From the NCBI GenBank assembly GCA_947623645.1, contig CANQHK010000001.1:1-50160 (forward strand): a DNA stretch of 50,160 nucleotides, written 5' to 3'. The position numbers and the translations under genes were made by a program. Below, piece after piece: positions 8,349-17,840 of the stretch. The stretch's first letter is position 1. The number at the start of each line of letters is the position of its first letter. The DNA comes from an uncultured Bacilli bacterium (GTDB taxonomy: Bacteria > Bacillota_I > Bacilli_A > RF39 > UBA660). The notes below the pieces were generated by a model. That model was not told the DNA's origin. It did not search any database and saw nothing but the letters and a program-made list of their open reading frames with translations.

Positions 8349-8410
8349 TCCTCTTTTCTAATCTAATAACATTATATAATATATAAAGAAAAAATACAAA
8401 GAAAAAGCAA

Positions 8411-8440
8411 CAAAAAAAAGACAAATCTTTCGACCTGTCT
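8411..8440 (-). terminator. terminator after the 274-aa secreted-protein gene
   Basis: Minus strand: AGACAG...TTGTCT hairpin followed by TTTTTTTTG. Confidence 0.45.
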
Positions 8441-8459
8441 TTCATCTTTCAAATTATTT

Positions 8460-9284
8460 TTATTCAGTACCACTAGTACGAGTTACTTTTTGTTGATCAT
8501 CATTGGAAATTTGACGAGCAGCAACTTTTATTTTTAATGAATAAGTATAAGTTTTAGTTTCTCCATTTGCATTTGTAACAGTTACCTCTTTACCATTCTT
8601 TTCATCCTCTGATGATGTTACAGTATAACCCTCTCCACTTGTAATTGTACCAGTTCCATTGTCATCTGCATGCACATCTACGCCAATGTCGTCATTGTTC
8701 TCATAATCTAACCAAATTCTTAAGCGATATTTTTTGCTTTGATTCTGCTCAATTGCATTATTATTATCAAAATTCATTATTCCAGAATATAGAACACCTT
8801 CTACAGCATTATCCTTAAAAACATCACTCATCAAAACAGTATGATCATCGGTATCTGTTAGCATATCGGTTTCTTGTGATCCACCAGTTAATTCTGTTAA
8901 ATACGCACGAACACGATTATTTGTTAGAGCTTCCACCTCTGTCGTCGTTGCTTTAGTATTATTTACAGCAATAATATCATACCCTAATGCTGTAGATGTT
9001 TTTGCACCTGTAATATTACCTGCTATAGTAAAATCATAGGTATTCGTTAATTTTTTTCCGGTTTCAACCGTCGTAGGAAATGCATTAGATAAAGTCACAT
9101 CATCATTTGATTCAGTATAGACGAATGTAATCTTACCAGAAGCCATCTCCCCTCCCGTTTTGATATTAGATGATGTAGTACCAGTTCTTGTATAAGTGAA
9201 GAATGCGAATGATACACCAACTGTAACAATAACTAAAGCGAATACGCCAAGAACAGTCATCAACACTTGATTTTTTCTTTCCAT
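8460..9284 (-). CDS. secreted/cell-surface protein with a TasA/camelysin-like (SipW-type) N-terminal signal region
   Basis: An N-terminal hydrophobic segment is followed by VSFAFFTYTRTGTTSSNIKTGGEMASGKITF. This resembles the AYFSD...F..GTL motif of SipW-dependent substrates. The mature part is Thr/Asn/Asp-rich and beta-rich. Confidence 0.4.
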   Translation of the reverse strand: MERKNQVLMTVLGVFALVIVTVGVSFAFFTYTRTGTTSSNIKTGGEMASGKITFVYTESNDDVTLSNAFPTTVETGKKLTNTYDFTIAGNITGAKTSTALGYDIIAVNNTKATTTEVEALTNNRVRAYLTELTGGSQETDMLTDTDDHTVLMSDVFKDNAVEGVLYSGIMNFDNNNAIEQNQSKKYRLRIWLDYENNDDIGVDVHADDNGTGTITSGEGYTVTSSEDEKNGKEVTVTNANGETKTYTYSLKIKVAARQISNDDQQKVTRTSGTE

Positions 9285-9401
9285 AATTTTTATTAATCCT
9301 CCATCTCTCTATTTTTTACACTTATAATTATTACATACTCAAAAAAATTTGTCAATGAGTTTGATAAAAAAATAATTTTTTTTGTAAATTTTATGTCAAC
9401 C

Positions 9402-10427
9402 TTAGTCAGTAACAATCCAAGCGGTTGGAATATTTCTAAGTCCTTCTGCACCCCCTGCTACGGGATTCGATGCAACTTCTCCTTCTAAGATTAACGCAGA
9501 AGAACTTCCACCATCCATATTGGCAGCATTTACAGCGCCATATCTTTGCATAATTTCTGTAAGTTCTACCATTCCACAACCAATGCTAGCAGCTCGTCTT
9601 CCATCGATAATTAAGAATAAAACGATTCCATCTTTTCTTTGTCCGATCGCTGTTCTAGGAGCAATTCCCCATCCTCCATCACCTTGAACAAAGGAAGGTT
9701 TCCCATTAACAATCAAAAATGGCCCAAATTCAACGCCATCCCGAATTCCTCTTGCAATTGCTTGTTTTGCAGTCATTCTTCCAAGAACTAAAACATTGTT
9801 CTGGTCAAATCCAACCATTCCTCCTCCAACTTTAGCATCTTCATAATCCCAGACAACTTTTCCGTTTTGAATAACTGTTCCATGAGCAATCGCACCATTA
9901 CTATTCCAATCCGGATCATAAAATCCACTTGCATTAATTGCAACATGTGCATTATAATGTCTAGAAATAACTTTTACAGATTGTCCAGTAGTTCCAAGTT
10001 TTGAAGTTGTACCAATATGTACTTTGGAAGCATCATAAATTGCTACTAAATATCCTTTATAACCGGTTCCACTAACATTGATCACTTTATATAATGCATC
10101 TCTGTCTCTTTTTAAAATTTCTTCTTCATACTTGGATGCATATTTTTGTTCTTCTTGAAAATCAATTAATGTTGTATCCGTATCTTCTCCTGATTCAATT
10201 ACTTTATTATAAGCAAGAACTCTTGCAATTTCTTCATCAGAATAAAACCATGTTGCTAAATAATGATGTGTCTTCGTTGTCATTGCTGTTGTAATTAAAA
10301 GATTTCGAAATCCTGACCATGGTCCATATAATAGGAAAGTACCACCAGATATTCCAATCATTATAATTGAAAAAAACAAGATAAAGAAACGCTTAATTCG
10401 AATGTTAATTTTTCTCTTTAACTTCAT
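9402..10427 (-). CDS. phosphodiester glycosidase family protein (NAGPA/DUF2233-like), membrane anchored
   Basis: INASGF, GPFLIVNGK, PRTAIGQRKDG, LIIDGR, NMDGGSSS. An N-terminal TM helix is present. Confidence 0.7.
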   Translation of the reverse strand: MKLKRKINIRIKRFFILFFSIIMIGISGGTFLLYGPWSGFRNLLITTAMTTKTHHYLATWFYSDEEIARVLAYNKVIESGEDTDTTLIDFQEEQKYASKYEEEILKRDRDALYKVINVSGTGYKGYLVAIYDASKVHIGTTSKLGTTGQSVKVISRHYNAHVAINASGFYDPDWNSNGAIAHGTVIQNGKVVWDYEDAKVGGGMVGFDQNNVLVLGRMTAKQAIARGIRDGVEFGPFLIVNGKPSFVQGDGGWGIAPRTAIGQRKDGIVLFLIIDGRRAASIGCGMVELTEIMQRYGAVNAANMDGGSSSALILEGEVASNPVAGGAEGLRNIPTAWIVTD

Positions 10428-10437
10428 ACTCTACTCC

Positions 10438-10824
10438 TTATTTTCCCATATATTTCCCATCATCATTAAAATCTAAATAATCATAATTTTTTAAATCAAA
10501 TAATTGCACTTGCTGACTAACATCTACACTTTTATTATATAATTCTAAAAATTCATTATATTTATGGACATCTTTCCAAAATCCATATTTTCCAGCTACA
10601 TTCTCTATATATAAATCATTAATAACATCATTATAGATTAATTCTCTTTCTCCATTAAAAGATTCCATCAATTCTTTAAATTTTTTATAATTAACCTCGA
10701 TTTCTTCGATTCCACTTTTTGTATCTGAAACATCTTTTGCAAAACTTGTAACAAAAGACATAACACTTCCACTAAAAATCATCAAAACTCCCATAATTGC
10801 TACTAATAACGATTTTCTTTTCAT
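10438..10824 (-). CDS. hypothetical membrane-anchored/secreted protein
   Basis: 128 aa with an N-terminal hydrophobic helix and GGAGG RBS. No family recognised. Confidence 0.5.
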   Translation of the reverse strand: MKRKSLLVAIMGVLMIFSGSVMSFVTSFAKDVSDTKSGIEEIEVNYKKFKELMESFNGERELIYNDVINDLYIENVAGKYGFWKDVHKYNEFLELYNKSVDVSQQVQLFDLKNYDYLDFNDDGKYMGK

Positions 10825-10930
10825 GTAAATCCTCCTCTATCGTACTAATATATTTATATCATATTTTTAAATATGTGTAAAGAAAAAATTCAATCTTACG
10901 AAAGAATTCCTTGATATAAAAAGAAATTTT

Positions 10931-11515
10931 TTATTGTCTAGTAAAGAAGGAGAGGATTTTTGAAAAATGATAGAGAATTCTTGTTGAGTTATTAATAGCA
11001 ATACTTTTTCCCATTGCTTTTCCTCCAATTGTTAAGGATGCAACTAGGGCCGTTACAATCAAAGTAACAGGGAGTATGGAAATACTAAGATTCTTGGCAA
11101 TCGTTGTAGAAATTGCAACTGCAGTGGAACCACTCATAATTCCACAGATATCTCCAATAACATCATTACAAAAACTTGATGCTTTTTCACTATTTTGAAT
11201 TAGTTTACTTGCAAGACGTGCTCCTCGAACTCTTTTTGTCGCCATTGAATGAAAGGTAGAGGCATTCGCAACTGTAACACTGATTCCAATCATATCAAAT
11301 AAAATTCCAAGAGCAATAAAAAAAATGGTCATAAAACCAGCGAAAAAGAATCCTACCGATGGAATAATGGTCTCCGATAAAAAAGAAAAGATAAAAGAAA
11401 TCCAGAAAGCACTAACACTTACAATAAAAATCCAACTATAATCCGATTTTTTTCGAACTTCGTTTTTTCTTTTTACCTTTTTTGAATATTTTTCTTTATA
11501 TTTTTTGGTTTTCAA
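10931..11515 (-). CDS. oapA: OLE-associated protein A-like small multi-pass membrane protein
   Basis: 194 aa with a Lys-rich N-terminus and about four TM helices. It has conserved-looking FDMIGISV and NDVIGDICG (DxxxD). TTG start with RBS AAAGAGGTGG. It follows the large structured RNA directly. Confidence 0.6.
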   Translation of the reverse strand: MKTKKYKEKYSKKVKRKNEVRKKSDYSWIFIVSVSAFWISFIFSFLSETIIPSVGFFFAGFMTIFFIALGILFDMIGISVTVANASTFHSMATKRVRGARLASKLIQNSEKASSFCNDVIGDICGIMSGSTAVAISTTIAKNLSISILPVTLIVTALVASLTIGGKAMGKSIAINNSTRILYHFSKILSFFTRQ

Positions 11516-11537
11516 AAAACCACCTCTTTAAAAAATT

Positions 11538-12117
11538 ATGTAGAGATGGCAAGAAGCAATAAACTTTGTATCTTAGGTCAAGTTGGATTTCCCTCGCCTC
11601 TTACACATTCGTTACCAAATATGCAGTTTCCTTTTCAAAGAGTGAATAGTACATCACTGTATCTATGACTTGATTACCACTTAGTATACACTGCAATCTT
11701 GCGTTCTTAAACACTCTAGAAGTTTTCCTTAAGACACGTTTATGAATTGTTTAGACTTTTTTGCAAAAATTGTTTCAAGGAGCAATACTCATATAAAAAG
11801 ATGTACACCTTTTAATAAGCTGTCTCTATCCCCAAATTTTCACGCAAGCCAAGCTACACTATTCCAAGCTTTCACCTAGAATAGGTTCTCTCCCTAGTTC
11901 GTAAGTTTCCCTACAAAGATAGGTCTCCGCGATAACCATGGGTCGGGGTATGTATGCCATTACATATCGCCCACAGTATCTATCATTCCCAGCACTCACC
12001 CGAAACTGGGCGTAACAAGCAAGCACCAGAAGCTTCACAGATATGCTCTTCAACGATATTTTAACCTCGTCTTCACAAAACTTATGCATCAACTAGAATA
12101 GTGCGCCATCTCTACGA
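11538..12117 (-). ncRNA. ole: large structured ncRNA, best interpreted as OLE RNA
   Basis: A ~580-nt G+C-enriched block without a credible ORF. A perfect 11-bp closing helix pairs GUAGAGAUGGC (12115-12105) with GCCAUCUCUAC (11550-11540). Many internal hairpins are visible. It has its own promoter and an oapA-like gene immediately downstream. Confidence 0.6.
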
Positions 12118-12122
12118 TAAAG

Positions 12123-12150
12123 ATTATATCATATTTTAGAAAAAGTGCAA
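12123..12150 (-). promoter_or_regulatory. extended -10 promoter for the large ncRNA
   Basis: Minus strand: TTGCAC (12150-12145), 16 nt, TGaTATAAT (-10 at 12128-12123). The TSS would fall a few nt before the closing helix. Confidence 0.5.
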
Positions 12151-12172
12151 GAAAAAAAGCCATCTAGGCTTT
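12151..12172 (-). terminator. terminator after the 201-aa gene
   Basis: Minus strand: AAAGCC-TAGAT-GGCTTT followed by TTTTTC. Confidence 0.5.
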
Positions 12173-12179
12173 CTTCCTC

Positions 12180-12785
12180 TTATTGAACTTCAACAATCGA
12201 AAGTTTCATATCTTCATGAACAAGAACTAAGGTTTTCTTTTTGTCATATCCTAAATCTTTTTTATAAATAATTTTTGCATCGATTTGATAAGCAGAATCA
12301 TCTTTCACATCTTGATAAGAATAAGAAGTATTCGAAACTTTTTCAATCGATACATCTTTTACCGTTGGAAGCTGTTGACGGCGATTTCCGTAAATATTAC
12401 TTTGTACATATTTATAAAGAGTATCGGTTGCTTTATTTTTAAAATTTTCTTGAATACTCGAATGAAGAAATTGTACTCCTCCAACATCCTGATTGGTTAC
12501 TTTATTGGATAAAGTATAAAAATCGATTAAAAACATTTTACTAATAAGTTTGGCATAATTTTCTTCATCGATGTGTTGATCTTCTAATTCTTCTTCTAAA
12601 TCTCGATAATATTTTTTAAAGATTTTGGTTTGATTGCTTTCCAACTGATAAGAATAGTCTGGAATACTAGCAACAACTCGAATTACATCGCTTTTAAAAA
12701 ACTTTTGGTAAATAAGAACAGCTAGAACAACAGCAAGAACGCCAAGAAATATACGTCTATAAAAATAAACTTTTTTCTTTTTCAT
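12180..12785 (-). CDS. hypothetical membrane-anchored protein, translationally coupled to ltaS
   Basis: 201 aa with an N-terminal TM helix. Its start overlaps the ltaS stop (ATGA at 12782-12785). Confidence 0.55.
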   Translation of the reverse strand: MKKKKVYFYRRIFLGVLAVVLAVLIYQKFFKSDVIRVVASIPDYSYQLESNQTKIFKKYYRDLEEELEDQHIDEENYAKLISKMFLIDFYTLSNKVTNQDVGGVQFLHSSIQENFKNKATDTLYKYVQSNIYGNRRQQLPTVKDVSIEKVSNTSYSYQDVKDDSAYQIDAKIIYKKDLGYDKKKTLVLVHEDMKLSIVEVQ

Positions 12786-14905
12786 TCATTGATGACCCTT
12801 TCTTCAATATAATCATCACTATTCATTTTCTGTTCTTCTTCTTTCTTAATTAAATCGAAGACAATTAAGGAATTGGAAACATTTAAAAGTTTTTCTGCAT
12901 AATCACTGCACTCAGAAATATATTCTTCTTTGATTTCAGAATCTTTTAAAGTTAAATAAGCTGCTTTTTGGGCGTTATAGAAAACTTTATTTGTTACCCA
13001 GTTACCATTTGGAAAGACAACGATATTATCATCTTTTACTTGGAAGATATCTTTTCCTAATTGATATTTATTATAAAATCCAAACATATTTCCAAGCGTT
13101 GGCATAACATCATACATTCCCATAACGGTGTCGACTTCTTTATGAAGTTTGCTTTCCGTTTCATCACTATAAATAAGGAATGGTACTTTTCTTAAAATAT
13201 CATATTGATAAGTATCAATATTTATATAGGCTGGATCATCTTTATCCAAAACTCCATCGGTTTCTTTATCATAATTGTAAAGTCTTGTATAATCTGCTTT
13301 TGGAAGACGACCATCATGATCTCCATAAAGAATTAATACCGTGTTTTTCATAAGATCATTTTCTTCTAATGCCGCTAAGAATTCTCCTAAAGCTTCATCG
13401 GCATAATGTGCTGATTTAAAGTATTTTCCAAGTTTTGTTCCTTCCATATATGGATAAGTAACTTCTTCTTCTCGTCCTGTTTCAGGGTTTACAACCGTTT
13501 CTTTTAAAGTGACATCAAAATCGCTGTAGTCTCCATTTTTATCACTAAATGGCGTATGGTTACTAAGCATGATAAAGGTTCCATAATATGGTTCTCCTCT
13601 TCCAGCAATTTCTTTTAAGTAATCAACGGATTGCCGGAAGAAAGATTTATCTGAAAGTCCAAGCCCTACTACTTCATCAATTGTATAATCTGATTTAGAA
13701 TACAAACGATCGTAACCTAAACTCTTATGCATAACATCACGATTCCAGAAAGAACCATTATTCGCATGCATTGCAAAGGTATAATATCCTTTTTCTTTTA
13801 AAAGTTTTGGAATTGCAACATATTCCCGGTTAAAGTAACTAACAAAAGCAGTACCATTGTTGGTCGGCATTAGACTGGTATTTAATGTAAATTCACTATC
13901 ACTACTAGTTCCAACACTAACTTGAGAATAAAAGTTTGAAAAATAAATCGATTTCTTAACAAGTTTATTTAAATTTGGAGTAACTTCTTCTCCATTAAAT
14001 TTCAATCCAATTAAGAAGTTTTGCATACTTTCGGCATGAATAGAAATAATATTTTTTCCTTCAAAGATTCCCGTATAACGATTCTTCCAATCTTGTTCTT
14101 CAGGAACATCTTGATAATAATCTTGGAATCTCTTCATTGCTTCATCGTAACCAAAAAGAGTTGTAATTTGAGGTTCGATACTTTTTACTAAATCATTTAA
14201 ATGATAGGTATAAATACCAAAACGCATAACGATGTATTCACGGTTCCATTGTTTTGCAAAACGTCCAATCTCTAAAGTAGTAAGAGTTAAAATAACAATT
14301 GCAGCAGAAACAATAGCTCCTCCTAAAACAGCCAAAAACTTTCTTTGATCTCGAATATTTCTTCTTTTTAATTTCTTCTTTTTCTTGAGTTTATAATAAA
14401 CATAAATTAACGCAATCGGCGACCAAAGATAAAGTAAATCTTGAATTCTTAAAACATTTTCAACAATGGCATCTCCAACTGCTACAACATATCTACTTGT
14501 TGCAAGAAGAGAAATGGAAGAAAATGAAGTATAGAACGTATAGTAACAAGAATTAATAACACAGATTAGTGATAGAATAATACTACTTACTAATAAATAC
14601 GCAAATTGATGTTTTTCTTTCACTAAAAAGGAAAATGCTCCAACAACTAAAATAACCGCCAAATCAGCAAAAAATGGCTTATAGAAAAAGACATTTTCGA
14701 CCATATGAATGGTAAAATAGCGTAAAAGAACAGTATTAAATAGTACCGATATAACAAATACAAAAAATAATAGATTATTTTTAACAATTTCTTTCATCCA
14801 AGTAATAAGAGTTGTAAATTGCTTTTTGGGATTTTTCTTAAAATCTTTGAAAAATTTTATAAGTTGTTTTTGAAACTCTTTTACTTGCTTTTGAACTTTC
14901 TTCAT
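12782..14905 (-). CDS. ltaS: lipoteichoic acid synthase family protein (sulfatase-type extracellular domain)
   Basis: Five N-terminal TM helices plus HAESMQNF, SVGTSSDSEF (catalytic Thr region), LSNHTPF and YGDHDG. Confidence 0.85.
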   Translation of the reverse strand: MKKVQKQVKEFQKQLIKFFKDFKKNPKKQFTTLITWMKEIVKNNLLFFVFVISVLFNTVLLRYFTIHMVENVFFYKPFFADLAVILVVGAFSFLVKEKHQFAYLLVSSIILSLICVINSCYYTFYTSFSSISLLATSRYVVAVGDAIVENVLRIQDLLYLWSPIALIYVYYKLKKKKKLKRRNIRDQRKFLAVLGGAIVSAAIVILTLTTLEIGRFAKQWNREYIVMRFGIYTYHLNDLVKSIEPQITTLFGYDEAMKRFQDYYQDVPEEQDWKNRYTGIFEGKNIISIHAESMQNFLIGLKFNGEEVTPNLNKLVKKSIYFSNFYSQVSVGTSSDSEFTLNTSLMPTNNGTAFVSYFNREYVAIPKLLKEKGYYTFAMHANNGSFWNRDVMHKSLGYDRLYSKSDYTIDEVVGLGLSDKSFFRQSVDYLKEIAGRGEPYYGTFIMLSNHTPFSDKNGDYSDFDVTLKETVVNPETGREEEVTYPYMEGTKLGKYFKSAHYADEALGEFLAALEENDLMKNTVLILYGDHDGRLPKADYTRLYNYDKETDGVLDKDDPAYINIDTYQYDILRKVPFLIYSDETESKLHKEVDTVMGMYDVMPTLGNMFGFYNKYQLGKDIFQVKDDNIVVFPNGNWVTNKVFYNAQKAAYLTLKDSEIKEEYISECSDYAEKLLNVSNSLIVFDLIKKEEEQKMNSDDYIEERVINE

Positions 14906-14946
14906 GACAACAACCCTTTCTTAGATTCCATTATAGCACAAACAAT

Positions 14947-14975
14947 TACAAAAAAAAAGTAGAAATTCTACTTTT
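14947..14975 (-). terminator. terminator after the yihY-family gene
   Basis: Minus strand: AAAAGTAG-AATTT-CTACTTTT followed by TTTTTGTAATTG. Confidence 0.5.
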
Positions 14976-14983
14976 CAAAATTC

Positions 14984-15793
14984 TTAGGATTCTCGGTTCG
15001 TTACATTTAGAGCCATTCCAAAAACAAAGATATAGGCTAGGATATATACCCAAAGAAGCAAAATTAAAATATTGGACAAACTTCCATAAAAAAGATTATA
15101 TTTTGCAAATACATCAACGTAAATTGAATAAACTTCTGTTGCAATAATCCATCCAATCGTTGTAAATAAACTTCCATACGTTGTACTAGAACTTGGAATG
15201 GTTTCATCTGGTGCAATCACATAAAGAAGTTTTACATTGAAAAAAATTAAAATTAAAGATAATGGAAAATTTAAAATGTTATATAAAATATGTAAATCTC
15301 TAGTAACGACTTCATTTCCTGTTAAATTTCCTATTAAAGCAATAATTTTATCACCAAAAGCCGGTACAACTAAAATGAATATTAGAAGTAAAACCAAAAC
15401 AATCGTCATAAGAATTGCTTTAATTCTTCTAGATAGATAATCTTTTGCTTCAAATTTATAGAGTTCATTGGAAGCAATAATCATAGAATGGGTTCCATTA
15501 CTGGCAAGAATGAAGGCAGAAATATAGAAAATGAACATATTGAAATTAAAGTTTTGTCCAGAAAGAGCCGGAATTAACAAATCTAAAACTGCTCTTGGAA
15601 CAATATTTTCTAAAAGTTCGATAACACTTTCTGTTTGAATTCCAAAGACAATTGCTAAACTTCCTAGAAGAGCAATTAAGGGAACAACGGATAAGACAAA
15701 GAAAAAAGCAAGTTGTCCAGGTAAGACTCGCATTTCTGGTTTTTGAACAGTCTTTAAGACTTTTTTCAAAAATTTCTTTACTCTCCCCTTCAT
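14984..15793 (-). CDS. YihY/BrkB family membrane protein
   Basis: LAFFFVLSVVPLIALL and YGSLSNILILLLWVYILAYIFVFG. Six TM helices. Confidence 0.8.
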   Translation of the reverse strand: MKGRVKKFLKKVLKTVQKPEMRVLPGQLAFFFVLSVVPLIALLGSLAIVFGIQTESVIELLENIVPRAVLDLLIPALSGQNFNFNMFIFYISAFILASNGTHSMIIASNELYKFEAKDYLSRRIKAILMTIVLVLLLIFILVVPAFGDKIIALIGNLTGNEVVTRDLHILYNILNFPLSLILIFFNVKLLYVIAPDETIPSSSTTYGSLFTTIGWIIATEVYSIYVDVFAKYNLFYGSLSNILILLLWVYILAYIFVFGMALNVTNRES

Positions 15794-15806
15794 ATTCTAC
15801 ACCTTC

Positions 15807-17840
15807 TTATCTTGCTTCTTCTTTTTTCGTTTTCATATCTAGACTTGCTTCATTGATGGCATCATCAATCGTTTTAATATCATCTAAAATAATACTGTAC
15901 CCTACTGCTGCTCCAAAACCATGTGGTAATTCTTTCATTTCTTTTGTAAGTTTCTTGGTATACGTTTCAATCTGCTTTTCCGTATAACCTACTAAATAAA
16001 TTAAAAATTCATTTCCATCGGTTCGCATAATCTCACTGTTTTCAAGTTGCGTGTTTACTAGAATCGATGCTGCTTTTATAATTAATTTATCCCCTTCTTC
16101 ATGACCATAATTGTCATTTACATAACTTACATTATTTAAGTCAACAACGATCACTCCTTGTGGATAAACTTGGCTATTATCCCATTTTTCCATATTAAAG
16201 TTTAAGTAATTTCTGTTTTTAAGAGAAGTTAACATATCAGTATATTTTCTTCGATCTTCTTTTCTTACTTCTTTTACTTCTCGTTTTTTCTTAACAAATA
16301 AATATAAGAAAATAATTACTAAAATAGGAAGTAATACAAGTCCTAAAATAATTAAATAAAGTTGTGTAAAGGTTGTTCTTTCTAATAAACCAATATTCAT
16401 CGAATCAAGTCCTAATAACCGGTAATTATAATAAGAATTGGTTCCCATGATATAGTTAAATAAGTTGTAAAAATCTTGATTGGTATTTTTTACTCCAAAT
16501 CGATAATCATTGGTAATTGTTGATTCATATAGAACTTCATAATTTTTAAATTTTGAATGTTTATAATAATCATAAGTTTCTTTATCTACTGCAATTAAAT
16601 GATTATCTTCTAATAAGCCATCCAAATTATTTTTTGGAACAATGGATGCTTTTGAATTATTTTGAAAATAAGTAAATAAAAGATGATTCTGTAAAATATT
16701 TACGTTCTTTCCTTTTAAGCTTTCAAAAGAAGTAATAATCGCATCATTTTGATGGTTAGCAAGAATGACATATTTCTCAACGAAAGGAGACATGGTCATA
16801 AAATAATTAGAATTCTGAATTCCAGTCGTATCAAAATAAAAATCAACTTCACCTTTTTGAATTGCTTCATTTAAAGCTTGTAAATTTTTATATTCTTTAT
16901 AAGCAATATCAATACCTGTAAGTCTTTGAATTCTTTGAACATACTCTCCTGCAATTCCATAGGCCTTTTTATCTACGCGTACTTCATATGGTGCATTTTC
17001 AACATATCCATACGTATAGGTTTTACTAAGCATTGCTGTTTTGGTTTTATCAGAAATATTTTTCTTGCTAATATAATAATTTAATAATTCACGATTATAA
17101 GCATCAACATAGTGATCTTCCATCCAATTGGTAAAATATTTTTGTACAATCGAATTTAGTTTTTCATTTTCTTTTGTAAGTGTTAAGACAATTTTTTTAG
17201 TAAGTTCTGGAAAATAATAGTTAATATACGTATTATTTAAAGGAAGAGTTTCTCCTAAATAAAGATATTGAGGAACTAAAATCATATCAACTTCTTGATT
17301 GGTTAAAGCAGTTGTTAGACTTGTGATATCTTCATAAGTTTTGTAAGTAATACCCGCAGCAGATTTCATATAATAAGTTACTTCTGCAGCATCACTGCTA
17401 AAGGTTCCAATCGTTTTATCTCGAATCATAGAAATACTATCATATCTTGTTTGATCTCTTCCAAGTAAAATATAACCATCTTCAAATAATAATAAATCAT
17501 TTTCAGAAAGGGTTGCATCACTATTTAAAATTCGAAACTGTAATTCGTTGGAGGTTGGACTTGCTTGTTTTGAATAAGGAACTTTATTAAATTCCAAATC
17601 AGTTTCAAGTTCAAAATCGCTGGCAAAATCAAATAATACACCGGTTCCACTTTCTCCAAAAACAGGCATATCATTGATGATATCTAAGTTTACTTTTGTT
17701 GCTGAATTGTTTTCAATCCAACGTTTTTCTAAGATAGTTAAGGACGTATCTTTATCTTCGTGGTTTAAGAAAAAGTAAACTCCTAAAAAGACAAAAATGC
17801 AAACAGCAATGGGTGCAATAATTAGAACTTTCTTTTTCAT
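15807..17840 (-). CDS. membrane sensor with two periplasmic solute-binding-like domains and a degenerate GGDEF domain
   Basis: The C-terminus has LTSLKNRNYL, VVDLNNVSYVNDNYGHEEGD and RTDGNEF in place of RxGGDEF. A TM helix is present at each end of the ~480-aa extracytoplasmic region. Confidence 0.75.
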   Translation of the reverse strand: MKKKVLIIAPIAVCIFVFLGVYFFLNHEDKDTSLTILEKRWIENNSATKVNLDIINDMPVFGESGTGVLFDFASDFELETDLEFNKVPYSKQASPTSNELQFRILNSDATLSENDLLLFEDGYILLGRDQTRYDSISMIRDKTIGTFSSDAAEVTYYMKSAAGITYKTYEDITSLTTALTNQEVDMILVPQYLYLGETLPLNNTYINYYFPELTKKIVLTLTKENEKLNSIVQKYFTNWMEDHYVDAYNRELLNYYISKKNISDKTKTAMLSKTYTYGYVENAPYEVRVDKKAYGIAGEYVQRIQRLTGIDIAYKEYKNLQALNEAIQKGEVDFYFDTTGIQNSNYFMTMSPFVEKYVILANHQNDAIITSFESLKGKNVNILQNHLLFTYFQNNSKASIVPKNNLDGLLEDNHLIAVDKETYDYYKHSKFKNYEVLYESTITNDYRFGVKNTNQDFYNLFNYIMGTNSYYNYRLLGLDSMNIGLLERTTFTQLYLIILGLVLLPILVIIFLYLFVKKKREVKEVRKEDRRKYTDMLTSLKNRNYLNFNMEKWDNSQVYPQGVIVVDLNNVSYVNDNYGHEEGDKLIIKAASILVNTQLENSEIMRTDGNEFLIYLVGYTEKQIETYTKKLTKEMKELPHGFGAAVGYSIILDDIKTIDDAINEASLDMKTKKEEAR

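Noticed and set aside
5000-8366. Several 60-125-aa plus-strand ORFs antisense to nifJ, and similar antisense ORFs inside recG, gatA, gatB, ltaS, the U32 peptidase and the proline-rich gene
   Set aside because: All are embedded antisense in long, confidently identified genes and lack RBS motifs. They are typical shadow ORFs.
11859-12092. 77-aa minus-strand ORF
   Set aside because: It is inside the large structured RNA, has no Shine-Dalgarno, and its Cys/Arg-rich composition is atypical for this genome.
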